Of a stretch of 64,000 bases of DNA, positions 1 to 9,617 are shown in pieces. Numbering within the stretch: position 1 is the stretch's first letter; the number at the start of each line of letters is the position of its first letter. The notes below the pieces were generated by a model. The model was not told the origin of the DNA. It did no database searches and worked only from the letters and a program-made list of their open reading frames with translations. The position numbers and the translations under genes were made by a program. This stretch comes from a virus (Duplodnaviria > Caudoviricetes). Where the stretch lies: the IMG/VR virus record IMGVR_UViG_3300009168_000006, positions 1,015 to 65,014 of that record. One strand, written 5' to 3'.

Positions 1-2
1 TG

Positions 3-146
3 CGGGCCGCCTCCCAGCAGGGGCGCTTCGTCCCCCAGGCCCACGACCGCAGCGAGCGGGCCATGTGGGCCAGGTTCGCCGCCACCGTGCGCCGGGCCAA
101 CCTCGGCCAGGGCACCGACCCGTTCGGCAAGTTGGGCGGGCGTTAG
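3..146 (+). CDS. 3' end of a gene truncated by the window edge, possibly the terminase large subunit C-terminus
   Basis: Open frame RAASQQGRFVPQ...FGKLGGR* ends at TAG 146, just upstream of the portal. TerL begins at the other end of the window, which fits a circularly permuted genome. Confidence 0.45.
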   Translation, partial: RAASQQGRFVPQAHDRSERAMWARFAATVRRANLGQGTDPFGKLGGR

Positions 147-168
147 CCCGCGGGGAGGACGAGAGGAG

Positions 169-459
169 GTGAGCGTCTTGCTCCTGAATAAGGACTGGAT
201 GGCCGTCTTCGAGAACCGGGCGGTCGGTCGCCTGACCGGCGAGGACAAGCAGTTGATCTGGCTCCAGGCGTGGACGGCCGTCCATACGGGGACGGCCTGC
301 TGGATGCAGCGGTGGCACGCCGTCACCTGGGGGGCTGGCCCCGAGGGCACCGACGAGCGGTTCAAGGACGGGCGCATGCAGCCCCACATGATCGGCCGCA
401 GAGGGAAGTCTGGGGGTGGGGGCGAAGCCAAGGCGTCTAGTCAGGTAGACGAACCGTAG
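169..459 (+). CDS. hypothetical protein (96 aa)
   Basis: GTG start after GAGGAG; fills the gap before the portal. Confidence 0.55.
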   Translation: MSVLLLNKDWMAVFENRAVGRLTGEDKQLIWLQAWTAVHTGTACWMQRWHAVTWGAGPEGTDERFKDGRMQPHMIGRRGKSGGGGEAKASSQVDEP

Positions 460-562
460 CTACACTCCCTCTTGATGCCGGTATTCTGGCCCGAGACCAA
501 CCGGGTGCTCCTGGAGACGAAGCGTCTCCGGAACCTGCGGCGTCGGGAGGCGAGGGCACGCC

Positions 563-2722
563 GTGGCCAAGCCGAGTCGGGAGCCGCCGGACGAGAAGTA
601 CCTCCTCGACCTGAGGGAGGAGACCCGGGACGGGTACCAGCAGCAGGACGAGCAGATCGACCGGCTGCGCGAACTGCGGACGATGCAGCGCCCGGTGCCC
701 GTCCCCCCGGAGTTGCGCCTCGTCCCGATTGAGATCAGAGACCCCACCGTCGCGGACGAGTGCCAGCGGGTGGTGGCCACCCTGGTCAACCAGCCCCCGC
801 ACCTGACGGTCACCCCCGGCAAGGAGGGGGTGGAATCCCTGCGCCGCAACGCCACCGACCGGGAGCACTGGACGGAGGAGTTGCTGCGGGTGGCCGGGGC
901 GCGCGAGCCGGGGCCGGACACCCTGATGCGCTGCGCCGACGCGGTGGTCAGCGACGGGGGCGGGGTCACCAAGCTGACCTTCGCCCGCGACCTGTGGGAC
1001 GAACGCTACGCCCTGCGCCTCTCCGGGTACGACGCCTACGACACCGCCGACGAGACCCCGTTCGAGGACCGAGAGGGGGAGACGGACGAGGAGCGCGAGG
1101 ACCGGGAGGCCCGCGCCCGGGCGCGCAAGGAGAACCGGCCCGAGGGGCGCAAGCCCCGCACCAGCAAGGACGGCTACGAGGGGGACGATTACACCTCGGC
1201 GGCCGAGAGCGCCAAGAAGGACGCCGGGCCGCCCTTCCGCTGGGTCGCCCCCGACATCCGCACCGTCTACCCCGTCTTCCACGGCAACGACATCGGGGAG
1301 GTGCTGGAGGTCACGTCGCGGCCGATCAACGCCACCTTCCGCCGCTACGGCCTCTCCCTGGACGGGGAGGGGCGGATCGTCTCGGCCGAGTACGGGGAGC
1401 GCAACCCCCAGGTCGAGGCCACCCAGGCGGGGTCGGGGAGCCTGGTCTGGCAGGACTACCCCTCCGGGAGCGTCGAGTTCCTGGAGCACTGGGACGACGA
1501 GTGGGTCACCTACTACGTGTGCGGGGAGCACAAGACCCACGGCTACAACGGCAAGATCGTCCAGCAGTGGAAGCACGGCTACGGCCGCCACCCGTACTTC
1601 TTCGCCCCCGGGCTGTGGATGGGCTGGTGGCGCAACCGCAAGATCGGCTGGTCGGTCTCGGAGACCAAACGCTGGCTGGTCGAGTACCGCTCCTACCTGT
1701 GGACGATCCACGCCCAGCAGGCCGCGCGCGACATGCTCCCGCCCGTAGACGTGGAGGTGCCCGATGGGGCGGCGCCCATCCGCGGGGACGACGGCCGCCC
1801 CCGCACGGTGGAGCAGTACCAGATCGGGAAGATGTACTACGGGGCGCCCGGGACGAAGCGCACCCCGTGGCAGTTCCCCCAGGTGGCCGCCTCGCTGCGC
1901 GAGCAGATCACGCTGACCACCGAGGCCATCGACAAGCTGTCCATCCCCCGCATCGAGAGCAACCTGGGCGGGATCGAGGCGTCCGGCTTCGCCATCAACC
2001 AGGTGCTGGCCGAGGCGCGCATCCGCTACGACCCCATCGGCCAGAGCATCGAGCACATGCTGGACGAGGTGACCCGCTTCCTCTGGCACCTGGTGCGGAC
2101 CAAGGTGCGGGAGAAGGTCTGGGTCTACGCCAGCGGCAAGCAGTCCGGGTGGAAGGGGCTCGGCCCCGACGACCTGAAGGCGGACGTCCGGCTCCAGTGG
2201 AAGCTGGACCCGACCCTGCCCAGCGCCGCCCTGATCGAGAGCCGGTACCACGTCGAGCAGGTCAAGGCCGGGTTCGAGAGCATGGACCAGGCGATTGAGG
2301 CGCAGGGGCGCAACCCGGACGAGGTGCGCTACGGGATGGCCCTGGACGAGATGCGCCAGGCGGACTGGTACAAGAAGTACATGCAGGCGTACGTCCTGGC
2401 CGAGGTGGGCCAGGGCGACCTGATGGACCAGGCCGACGAGGCGCAGCAGGCCGAGGCCCTCGCCGCGCAGGGTGTCCCCCAGTTGCCGCCCCCGCAGGGG
2501 AACGGCGCGGCCGCGGGCGGGATCGGCACGGCCCCCGGCGGGATGGGCACCCCCCAGGTGCCCGACATGCAGAAGTTCCTCATGGCCCAGAACGGGGTGG
2601 GCGCGGAGGGCGTGCAGTTGGCCGGGGCCACCGAGGTGCCCGCCCAACCCGGTGGCGTCCCCGGCGCCCCGGTGGTGCCCACCCAGTCCGCGGCGGCTGG
2701 ACTGGTCCAGCCCTTGAGGTGA
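563..2722 (+). CDS. portal protein
   Basis: 719 aa with strong GC3 bias, located after the terminase. Has portal-like segments (KHGYGRHPYFFAPG, SGFAINQVLAEARIRYDPIGQSIE) and a low-complexity C-terminal tail. Confidence 0.8.
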   Translation: MAKPSREPPDEKYLLDLREETRDGYQQQDEQIDRLRELRTMQRPVPVPPELRLVPIEIRDPTVADECQRVVATLVNQPPHLTVTPGKEGVESLRRNATDREHWTEELLRVAGAREPGPDTLMRCADAVVSDGGGVTKLTFARDLWDERYALRLSGYDAYDTADETPFEDREGETDEEREDREARARARKENRPEGRKPRTSKDGYEGDDYTSAAESAKKDAGPPFRWVAPDIRTVYPVFHGNDIGEVLEVTSRPINATFRRYGLSLDGEGRIVSAEYGERNPQVEATQAGSGSLVWQDYPSGSVEFLEHWDDEWVTYYVCGEHKTHGYNGKIVQQWKHGYGRHPYFFAPGLWMGWWRNRKIGWSVSETKRWLVEYRSYLWTIHAQQAARDMLPPVDVEVPDGAAPIRGDDGRPRTVEQYQIGKMYYGAPGTKRTPWQFPQVAASLREQITLTTEAIDKLSIPRIESNLGGIEASGFAINQVLAEARIRYDPIGQSIEHMLDEVTRFLWHLVRTKVREKVWVYASGKQSGWKGLGPDDLKADVRLQWKLDPTLPSAALIESRYHVEQVKAGFESMDQAIEAQGRNPDEVRYGMALDEMRQADWYKKYMQAYVLAEVGQGDLMDQADEAQQAEALAAQGVPQLPPPQGNGAAAGGIGTAPGGMGTPQVPDMQKFLMAQNGVGAEGVQLAGATEVPAQPGGVPGAPVVPTQSAAAGLVQPLR

Positions 2723-2725
2723 CGC

Positions 2726-3589
2726 ATGGGCGTTGACCCCGCCGTCCTGGCGGCGATGCAGCAGATGGGGCTTCAGGTGCCCCAGGTGGCCGCGCCCGTG
2801 GTGCCGATGGCCCCCGTCCCCGGCGCGCCAGCGGCCCCCGCGCCCCCCGCGGGGCCGTCTGGTCCCCTGGCGCCGCCCATGGCGCCACCCCAGATGCCGG
2901 GGTTGCCCGGCCCCCCGGGGCAACCGGGACAGCCGGGACAGCCGGGAGAGCAGCCCCAGGTTCCCCCACCGTTCCAGCCCCCTCCCGGGGTACCCGGGCA
3001 GCCCCCGATGCCCCAGCTTCCTGGGCAGCCCCCACCCCAGCCGCCCCCGTCCCCCGAGGAGTTGGCCGCCCAGGAGGGCCTCAAGGACGGGGCCGAGGCG
3101 GCGCGCGAGGAGGGCACCGACGACACCCTCGGGCAGGGCGCGCGGCCCCGGCGCGGCTCCTCGATGGACAACCCCCTCGACCGGGCGGCCGCCGAACTCT
3201 CCAGCGAACTGCGGGGGATGGCCTCCCAGTTGGCCTCCGACCTGTTCCCCAACGGCCCGGCCGGGACGGTGCGCCCGAGCAACGAGGCGCTGGGTTCCTA
3301 CATGCGCCGCCACTGGGACGACCCCGCCTTCCGCCAGGTGATGCTCGACCGGATGGCGCCCAAGGGGCCGGACGGCAAGCGCGTCCCGTGGGGGGTCAAG
3401 GCGTTCCTGAAGCTGTACAAGGAGAGCATCGCCCCCCGGGGCGTCTCCAACGACCTGACCCAGCCGGTGGTCGGGCCGACCGGCTTCACCTCCTTCCCGT
3501 CCAACCCGCCCCCGCAGCTAGAGGCCCCACCAGAACCTCCCGCCCAGGTCACCCAGATCACCGAAGTGCCGCCCGAAGAGGGGGACTGA
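2726..3589 (+). CDS. proline-rich hypothetical virion-associated protein
   Basis: 287 aa, tightly packed between the portal and the next gene; P/Q-rich N-terminus and a globular-looking C-terminal half. Confidence 0.7.
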   Translation: MGVDPAVLAAMQQMGLQVPQVAAPVVPMAPVPGAPAAPAPPAGPSGPLAPPMAPPQMPGLPGPPGQPGQPGQPGEQPQVPPPFQPPPGVPGQPPMPQLPGQPPPQPPPSPEELAAQEGLKDGAEAAREEGTDDTLGQGARPRRGSSMDNPLDRAAAELSSELRGMASQLASDLFPNGPAGTVRPSNEALGSYMRRHWDDPAFRQVMLDRMAPKGPDGKRVPWGVKAFLKLYKESIAPRGVSNDLTQPVVGPTGFTSFPSNPPPQLEAPPEPPAQVTQITEVPPEEGD

Positions 3590-3590
3590 G

Positions 3591-6500
3591 ATGCCGGTCA
3601 TCAACATCCCGATCAAAGAGTGGGGCGCCGACATGGCCGAGCAGGCCAAGCGGAAGGCGCAGGCGGCCATGCAGGAGGTGCAGGACACCGGGGGCGCCGC
3701 CATCGAGGAGGCCCAGCGCAAGGCGCAGGCGGCCCGCGACGAGTGGCTGAAGCAGCAGATCGACCAGGCCATGGCCCCCATCCGGGAGGCCGGGCACAGC
3801 GCCGCCGAGGGGCTGGGCGCCCTGGCGCAGAACGCGGGCGAGAACCTCCAGCAGAACGTCGAGGCCGTGCAGCAGGCCCCCGCCGCCCAGGCCATCGGGG
3901 AGAAGGCGTCGGGGTTGGGCACCTTCGCGCAGGGGGTGCGCCAGGACTTGCGGAAAGGCGCGGACGCGGCCGTCGCCGCCGACACGGCGCTGGACACCGC
4001 CCTCTCCGAGCGAGACGCCGCCGACCGGGCCGCCCCCCCGACCATCCCGGAGGAGGTCTCCGCGCCCCCCAGTTTTCAGGTGCCCGGGGCGCTCCCGGCG
4101 ATGACGGCGGACACCCTGCCCAACCCGGTCGAGTTCCCCACCAACGTGGCGAAGAACTACCTGGGGAGCCTGGGCCAGAGCGCCGAAGACCTGACCAGCC
4201 CCGACGAGTGGGGCAAGACGGCGGCGGCCGCCAAGGAGATCGCCCCCGAGGTCGTGAGCCCCGTCCAGACCGCGGCCCGCCTCGCCTCCGACCAGACGGC
4301 CCGCGACACCTTCATGGAGAAAGACCTCCCCGCGGCGGGCCAGGTGCTCAAGACGGTGGGGGACGTCGGCAACGTGGTGCCCCTGCCGGGCGAGCAACTG
4401 GAGAACCTCGCCGCCTCCGCGACCATGGAGGCGACGAAGGACACCGGGATGCCCGAGCCGGTGCGGGCGGGCCTCTCGATCCTCGCCGGAACGGGCCTCC
4501 CGACCGCGGTGGCTAAGCGCGCCTTCCGCGCCCCGGGGTCGCTGTCTAGCCGCCTAGACGAGGCGGGCCGGGCGGCGATGGGCGACGGCAGGCTGTCCGT
4601 CAGCGACGGCACGCCGCCCGTTGGGGACGTCCCCGAACCGGAGCGGTTCCCGCCGTTCCACACCGACCCGGGGATGCGCCGCGCGCAGCCGGGGCCGGGG
4701 CCGGACAGCGACCCCGACCGCGCTCGTATCCCGTCCTTCGACCGGGAGGCGTTCCCGGGCCGGGCCGGCGGCCCGGCGCTGCCCCCCTCGGACGCCCCGG
4801 TGGAGGAGGGGTCGCTGCCGTTCACGCCCCCGCGCCGGGGCCTCAACCCGCCCGGCGGCTTCCCCGACCCCCACGCCCGGGGCGAGCGCGGACTTGGCGA
4901 GTTGGACATGCGCCGGGTGGACGAGCCGTACTGGGACAACGCCCTGGAGAACACCTTCACCCCGGAGGAGTTGGACGAGATCAACCTTGCTATCCAGAAC
5001 GGGGAGATCGGGGACACCGACGAGCCGACCAACCGTCAGGTGCTGGGGTGGGTGCAGGAGAACTTCAACCGGCGCCGCGGGCCGGGGGAGACCCCCGATG
5101 CGGGGCGCCCGATTGAGCAGTGGCGGGGCGATCAGCCCGGGGCGACCGACGACTTCATCCCCGACTCCGCGCGGGTGGACCCCACGGAGGGGATGACCCA
5201 AGCGGAGAAGGACGAATACTGGTACGGCGGGTCGGACTTCCCGGGGCAGGAGCAGTCGCCCCTGATGCAGGCGTTCGAGGCGACCGGGCGGGAGCGCCGC
5301 CGGATCGCCCGCGAGCAGGGCCTGGAGGTGGACTGGCTGCCTAACGACGAACTGGGTCGCCTGGGCGAGGACGACTTCCAGCGCATGCTGCGCGACCGGA
5401 CGCACCGGCCATTCGTGGACGACCGCTTTACCCCGCGCGGGGAGCCGACCGAGCCGCCCTCCGGGATGAGCCAGGTGCCGGGGGAGACCGGGCGCCTCAC
5501 GGGGATGGAGCGGCTCCCCCGGGGGCCGCGTCCGGAGCCGGGGCCGAGCCTGCGCGACCAACGGCTCGCTGACAACCTCGACGCCTACGAGGGGTTGTCA
5601 CCCGCCGAGCAGCAGGTGATCGAGGACGCCTGGGCGTCCGGCGAACTGACCCGTGAGGCGACGGTCGGGGAGGCATTCGACCTAATCGACCGGAGGTTTG
5701 CCGACCCGCTGGCGGACATGACCGTCAACGACGCCCTGGACGCCGCGGGCGACCTGATTGACGAGGGGGTCTCGCGCCCCAACGCCTACCGCGCGGCCGC
5801 CAGCAACCTGGGCACCAACCTCAACGAGTACGACGACGCCGACCTCGCCGGGATGCAGTGGGGCGAGATCGAGGACACCCTGAACCGGAAGCTGGGGCGG
5901 GGGAAGTACGGACCGGAGGGGGCCGACGATCTCTTCGGCAACCAAAGGCCGATCAGCGACACCGACCCGTGGGTGACGGGGGAGGGGGCGGAGACCATCG
6001 ACCGCCTCCCTTCGGGGGGCACGCCACCCGGGGAGGAGAACGTCAACCTCCCGCCGTCCAGCGCCCAAGAGATGGCGGAAGGGCGCCGCTGGTGGCTCCG
6101 TCGCTTCGGGCTGGACGACATGGCGGACAACCTCTCCGACGAGGAACTCGCGGGGATGGACCCGGACCGGTGGTCGGAAATCTACGAGGACGGGATTCGC
6201 CGCACCCGACCCCCGGAGCCGGTGGAGCCGGGGCACCGCATCCCGGACGACGGTGAGGGGCCTGGGCCGCTCCCGGGCGCTCCCGACCTGGAGATTGACG
6301 ACGTCAGCCGCCTCCTGGATCAGCAGGCCCGCGACCGGGGAGAACCCCCACCGACCCTCCCCTACACCAAGTTCGAGGGGCCACGCCTGCCCCGTCCGGA
6401 GGGGCCGCTGCCCCCGGGGCGTGGCCTCGACGACACGAACTCGTCCCGGCTCGGCCCCGACGAACCCTACGACCGGGAGGGGATGCAGAACATCCTCGGC

Positions 6501-9500
6501 CGCACCGGGTCGCTGGCCGACCAGATCGCGGGCCGCACGGCGGGCGCCATCCAGGGTGGGGTCGCCGCCGACCGGATGGACGAGGAGGACACCGGCTTCG
6601 AGCGCGCCGGGCGCATCGCCACCGGGGCGGCGCTGGGCGCCGCCGCCAAGCCCGCGAATGTGCGCCTGGGCACCTTCGGCCGGGCGCTGCTGCGGGGGGC
6701 CGGTCGGCTAGACGCTGATGAGGCGGGGGTGCTGGGCGCCACCGATGGTGGGGGAACGCCGCCCCGGGGGCCAGGGCGCCCCCGCCGGTACAGCGAGGCC
6801 GACCGCACCCCGCCCTCCCGGCCGCCGAAGGACTACAGCGGCGACCTCCTCCTGCCCACCGACTACCCCCAAGGCATGGTGGCCGAGGAGGCGTTGCAGG
6901 TCGCGCGCATGGCCGGTGACCTGGCGAACGAGATGCGCGCGACGGCGCGGAAGTTTCCCGAGGGGACGCCCCGCCGCGCGGAGGCCGAGGCGGCGGCGCT
7001 GGCCCTCCAGCAGGACTACATCGCCGCCGTCAAGGCGCGCATGACCCCGGCGGAACTCCAACGCTACAACGTCGAGTACGCCCTCCAGCGGCAGGGGCGG
7101 GCGCGCCCGCCGAGCCAGGCAGAGGGAATCCGCGCCGCCAATTCCGGGGCGGACGCCCTGCCCGAGACCCCGCCGTCTAGCCGGGTAGACGAACCGACCA
7201 CCCCCACTACCGCCACCACCGGGACCGGGGGGCCGGGGGAACCCGGTGGCGCACGGCGCACCCCGGCCCCCCGGACGCGGACGGCGTCGGAGGCCGCGGC
7301 CGACGTGACCGACGAGGGGGTCACCGTGACCGAGACCCCGGAAGAGGCGGCCGCGCGCAGGCGGGTGCGGGAGCGCGCCCTGGCCGAGCAGGAGGGGGCG
7401 ACCCCCGAGGGCGGCACCGCGCCGGACGAGGGGCCGGTGACCCGGCAGCCGCAGCGGGACATGGGCCGGGCCGAGCAGCAGTCCCGCCAGCCGCTGCCGC
7501 TCACCGAGGAGGAGGCGGAAGCGGAGGCCGTCGCCAACGCGCAGCGGGCCGCCGAGGCCCGCGCCCGCGGTGAGACGGTGGAGGAGGTCGGCCCCACCGG
7601 GCAGGCGCTGGAGGGGGAGGCCCCGCAGCGTCGCGCGCCCCAAAAGGACATGACCCGGATCGAGGAGGAGTCCACCCGGCCCCTGCCCGAGGACGAGGGG
7701 GCGGACGTCCCGCCTCCTGGTCGGGGGGCGGAACCGGGGGAGGTCGGGCGCACCACCGAGGCGCCGCCCGCGCGGGCGCGGGTGACGTCCGGGTCGGCCG
7801 ACGAGCGCGCCCGGCAGGCCGCCGCCCGGCGCCGGGCGCGCCGCCCCGAGGCCCGGGCCGAGACGCCTGTGGTTACGGACAAGGACGTCACGGCGCCGCC
7901 GCCCGCCCCCGACGCGGATAAAGCCCCCCACCTGGGGGATTGGTTGGAGGCCGTCCGCTACGGGGTGGGCCTGCTGGCCAACCCGGTCACGGCCGGGGCC
8001 GACGCCCTGGCCGGGGCGGCCGAGATTCCCTGGACGCGGATGCGGAACCGGCTGCTGGACGCGACGGACGCGGACGCGAAGTTCGTGCGCGCCGCCGAGC
8101 GGCGGGGCTACAAGGCCGGGGGCGCCGCCGGGCGGCGCAACGCGCGGGAGATCATGAGCACCGGCAAGGAGTTGCGTGAACTCCTGCCGGGGGCCGCGGC
8201 CGAGGACACCCCCCAGTCGCTGATGCGCCGCTACCGGGAGCGGGGGCAGGAGGGGTGGGCGCGGGCCGCGGGGGCGGTGGAGTTCGCCTCCCGGGGGCGC
8301 AACGCCCTGGACGCCCTGTCGCACGGGTCGCTCTACACCGGCCAGCTTTACCGGGAGGCGGCGCAGGCGGTCAACAAGACGAGCCTCCCCAAGGGCAGCG
8401 ACCAGTGGTGGGAGGCGGTCGAGGACTTCGTGGACAAGGCCGAGTCGCCCGACCTGGCCAAGGACACCCCGGAGTTCAAGGCCCGCACCAAGGCGCTGGA
8501 GCAGGCCGACCGGGCGCTGGGGCGCAACGACCCCGGCTACATCGGGACGCACGTCGCCAACGCCTTGAAGAACCCGGTCCTGCGCCCCTTCATCCCCCTC
8601 TTCCGCACCGGCTACAACATCTCGATGCGGGGCCTGGAGCGCAGCCCCCTCGGCGCCGGGGCCATCCTGTTCGACAAGGCGCTGGGGCGCGAGGTCACGC
8701 CCGAGCGGATCATGGACACCGCGATGGGGTCGTCGGTCACCCTGCCCCTGGCGGCGTACGCCGTCGCCTCGGGGAACATCACCGGGTACGGCCCGAACGA
8801 CCAGAAGACCCGGGACGACTTGATGGCGCAGGGGTGGCGCCCCTTCTCCATCCGCACCCCGGACGGGCGCTACCGCTCGTACCTGCGCTTCGGGGCGACC
8901 GCCGCCCCGCTGGCGATGGCCGGGGCCATCGGGGACGCCTCCCGCTACCACGAACCGGACGAGCCGGTGGCGCAGCGGATGGCCCACGCGGGCGGGAACT
9001 TCGGCCAGTGGTTCGGCAACCAGTTCCTGCTCCGCAGCCTGGGCAACATCAGCGACCTCTTCACCGACCCGGGGAAGGAGTTGCCGGGCTTCGCCGGGCG
9101 CACCATCGGCCAGTACGTCGGGGTCGGGTCGGGGACGGGCGCCCTCGCGAGCGCGGCCGACCCGTACCTGCGGGACACCGAGGTGGGCGGGGTGAACCCC
9201 TTCGTCAACGAGATGCTGAAGAACATCCCCGTCGCCCGCCAGTCCCTGGAACCCGAGTACGATGTCACCGGGGCGCCCAAGCCCAACCCGGGATACGGAC
9301 TCGGGGGGTTCCTCAACCCCTACACCGCGGGGCCGAGCGAGGACGAGGTCAACCCGGTCGCCTTGGACGAACGCCGCTACCGGGGCAGCGAGTCGGCCGC
9401 CGAGGACGCCCGCATCGCGGCGGCCATCGCCGCCTACGAGAAGTACCAGAGTCGCGAAGACCCGCGGGAGCCGGGGCCGGAGACGGAAGACCTCTACCGC

Positions 9501-9596
9501 CGCTTCGCCGGGCGGGAGAACGAGCGGTACACCAGCGCCCGGGAGAAGGCGCGCGCGGCGGAAGCGGAGCGCGAGCGGCTCCGTCTAGTCGGGTAG
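3591..9596 (+). CDS. very large putative internal virion (ejection) protein
   Basis: 2001 aa. The C-terminal region (FIPLFRTGYNI...GNITGYGPNDQKTRDDLMAQGWRPFSIR...YRSYLRF) resembles podovirus large internal virion proteins. Confidence 0.7.
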   Translation: MPVINIPIKEWGADMAEQAKRKAQAAMQEVQDTGGAAIEEAQRKAQAARDEWLKQQIDQAMAPIREAGHSAAEGLGALAQNAGENLQQNVEAVQQAPAAQAIGEKASGLGTFAQGVRQDLRKGADAAVAADTALDTALSERDAADRAAPPTIPEEVSAPPSFQVPGALPAMTADTLPNPVEFPTNVAKNYLGSLGQSAEDLTSPDEWGKTAAAAKEIAPEVVSPVQTAARLASDQTARDTFMEKDLPAAGQVLKTVGDVGNVVPLPGEQLENLAASATMEATKDTGMPEPVRAGLSILAGTGLPTAVAKRAFRAPGSLSSRLDEAGRAAMGDGRLSVSDGTPPVGDVPEPERFPPFHTDPGMRRAQPGPGPDSDPDRARIPSFDREAFPGRAGGPALPPSDAPVEEGSLPFTPPRRGLNPPGGFPDPHARGERGLGELDMRRVDEPYWDNALENTFTPEELDEINLAIQNGEIGDTDEPTNRQVLGWVQENFNRRRGPGETPDAGRPIEQWRGDQPGATDDFIPDSARVDPTEGMTQAEKDEYWYGGSDFPGQEQSPLMQAFEATGRERRRIAREQGLEVDWLPNDELGRLGEDDFQRMLRDRTHRPFVDDRFTPRGEPTEPPSGMSQVPGETGRLTGMERLPRGPRPEPGPSLRDQRLADNLDAYEGLSPAEQQVIEDAWASGELTREATVGEAFDLIDRRFADPLADMTVNDALDAAGDLIDEGVSRPNAYRAAASNLGTNLNEYDDADLAGMQWGEIEDTLNRKLGRGKYGPEGADDLFGNQRPISDTDPWVTGEGAETIDRLPSGGTPPGEENVNLPPSSAQEMAEGRRWWLRRFGLDDMADNLSDEELAGMDPDRWSEIYEDGIRRTRPPEPVEPGHRIPDDGEGPGPLPGAPDLEIDDVSRLLDQQARDRGEPPPTLPYTKFEGPRLPRPEGPLPPGRGLDDTNSSRLGPDEPYDREGMQNILGRTGSLADQIAGRTAGAIQGGVAADRMDEEDTGFERAGRIATGAALGAAAKPANVRLGTFGRALLRGAGRLDADEAGVLGATDGGGTPPRGPGRPRRYSEADRTPPSRPPKDYSGDLLLPTDYPQGMVAEEALQVARMAGDLANEMRATARKFPEGTPRRAEAEAAALALQQDYIAAVKARMTPAELQRYNVEYALQRQGRARPPSQAEGIRAANSGADALPETPPSSRVDEPTTPTTATTGTGGPGEPGGARRTPAPRTRTASEAAADVTDEGVTVTETPEEAAARRRVRERALAEQEGATPEGGTAPDEGPVTRQPQRDMGRAEQQSRQPLPLTEEEAEAEAVANAQRAAEARARGETVEEVGPTGQALEGEAPQRRAPQKDMTRIEEESTRPLPEDEGADVPPPGRGAEPGEVGRTTEAPPARARVTSGSADERARQAAARRRARRPEARAETPVVTDKDVTAPPPAPDADKAPHLGDWLEAVRYGVGLLANPVTAGADALAGAAEIPWTRMRNRLLDATDADAKFVRAAERRGYKAGGAAGRRNAREIMSTGKELRELLPGAAAEDTPQSLMRRYRERGQEGWARAAGAVEFASRGRNALDALSHGSLYTGQLYREAAQAVNKTSLPKGSDQWWEAVEDFVDKAESPDLAKDTPEFKARTKALEQADRALGRNDPGYIGTHVANALKNPVLRPFIPLFRTGYNISMRGLERSPLGAGAILFDKALGREVTPERIMDTAMGSSVTLPLAAYAVASGNITGYGPNDQKTRDDLMAQGWRPFSIRTPDGRYRSYLRFGATAAPLAMAGAIGDASRYHEPDEPVAQRMAHAGGNFGQWFGNQFLLRSLGNISDLFTDPGKELPGFAGRTIGQYVGVGSGTGALASAADPYLRDTEVGGVNPFVNEMLKNIPVARQSLEPEYDVTGAPKPNPGYGLGGFLNPYTAGPSEDEVNPVALDERRYRGSESAAEDARIAAAIAAYEKYQSREDPREPGPETEDLYRRFAGRENERYTSAREKARAAEAERERLRLVG

Positions 9597-9617
9597 ACGG
9601 GGGAAGCAGGGGGAGCG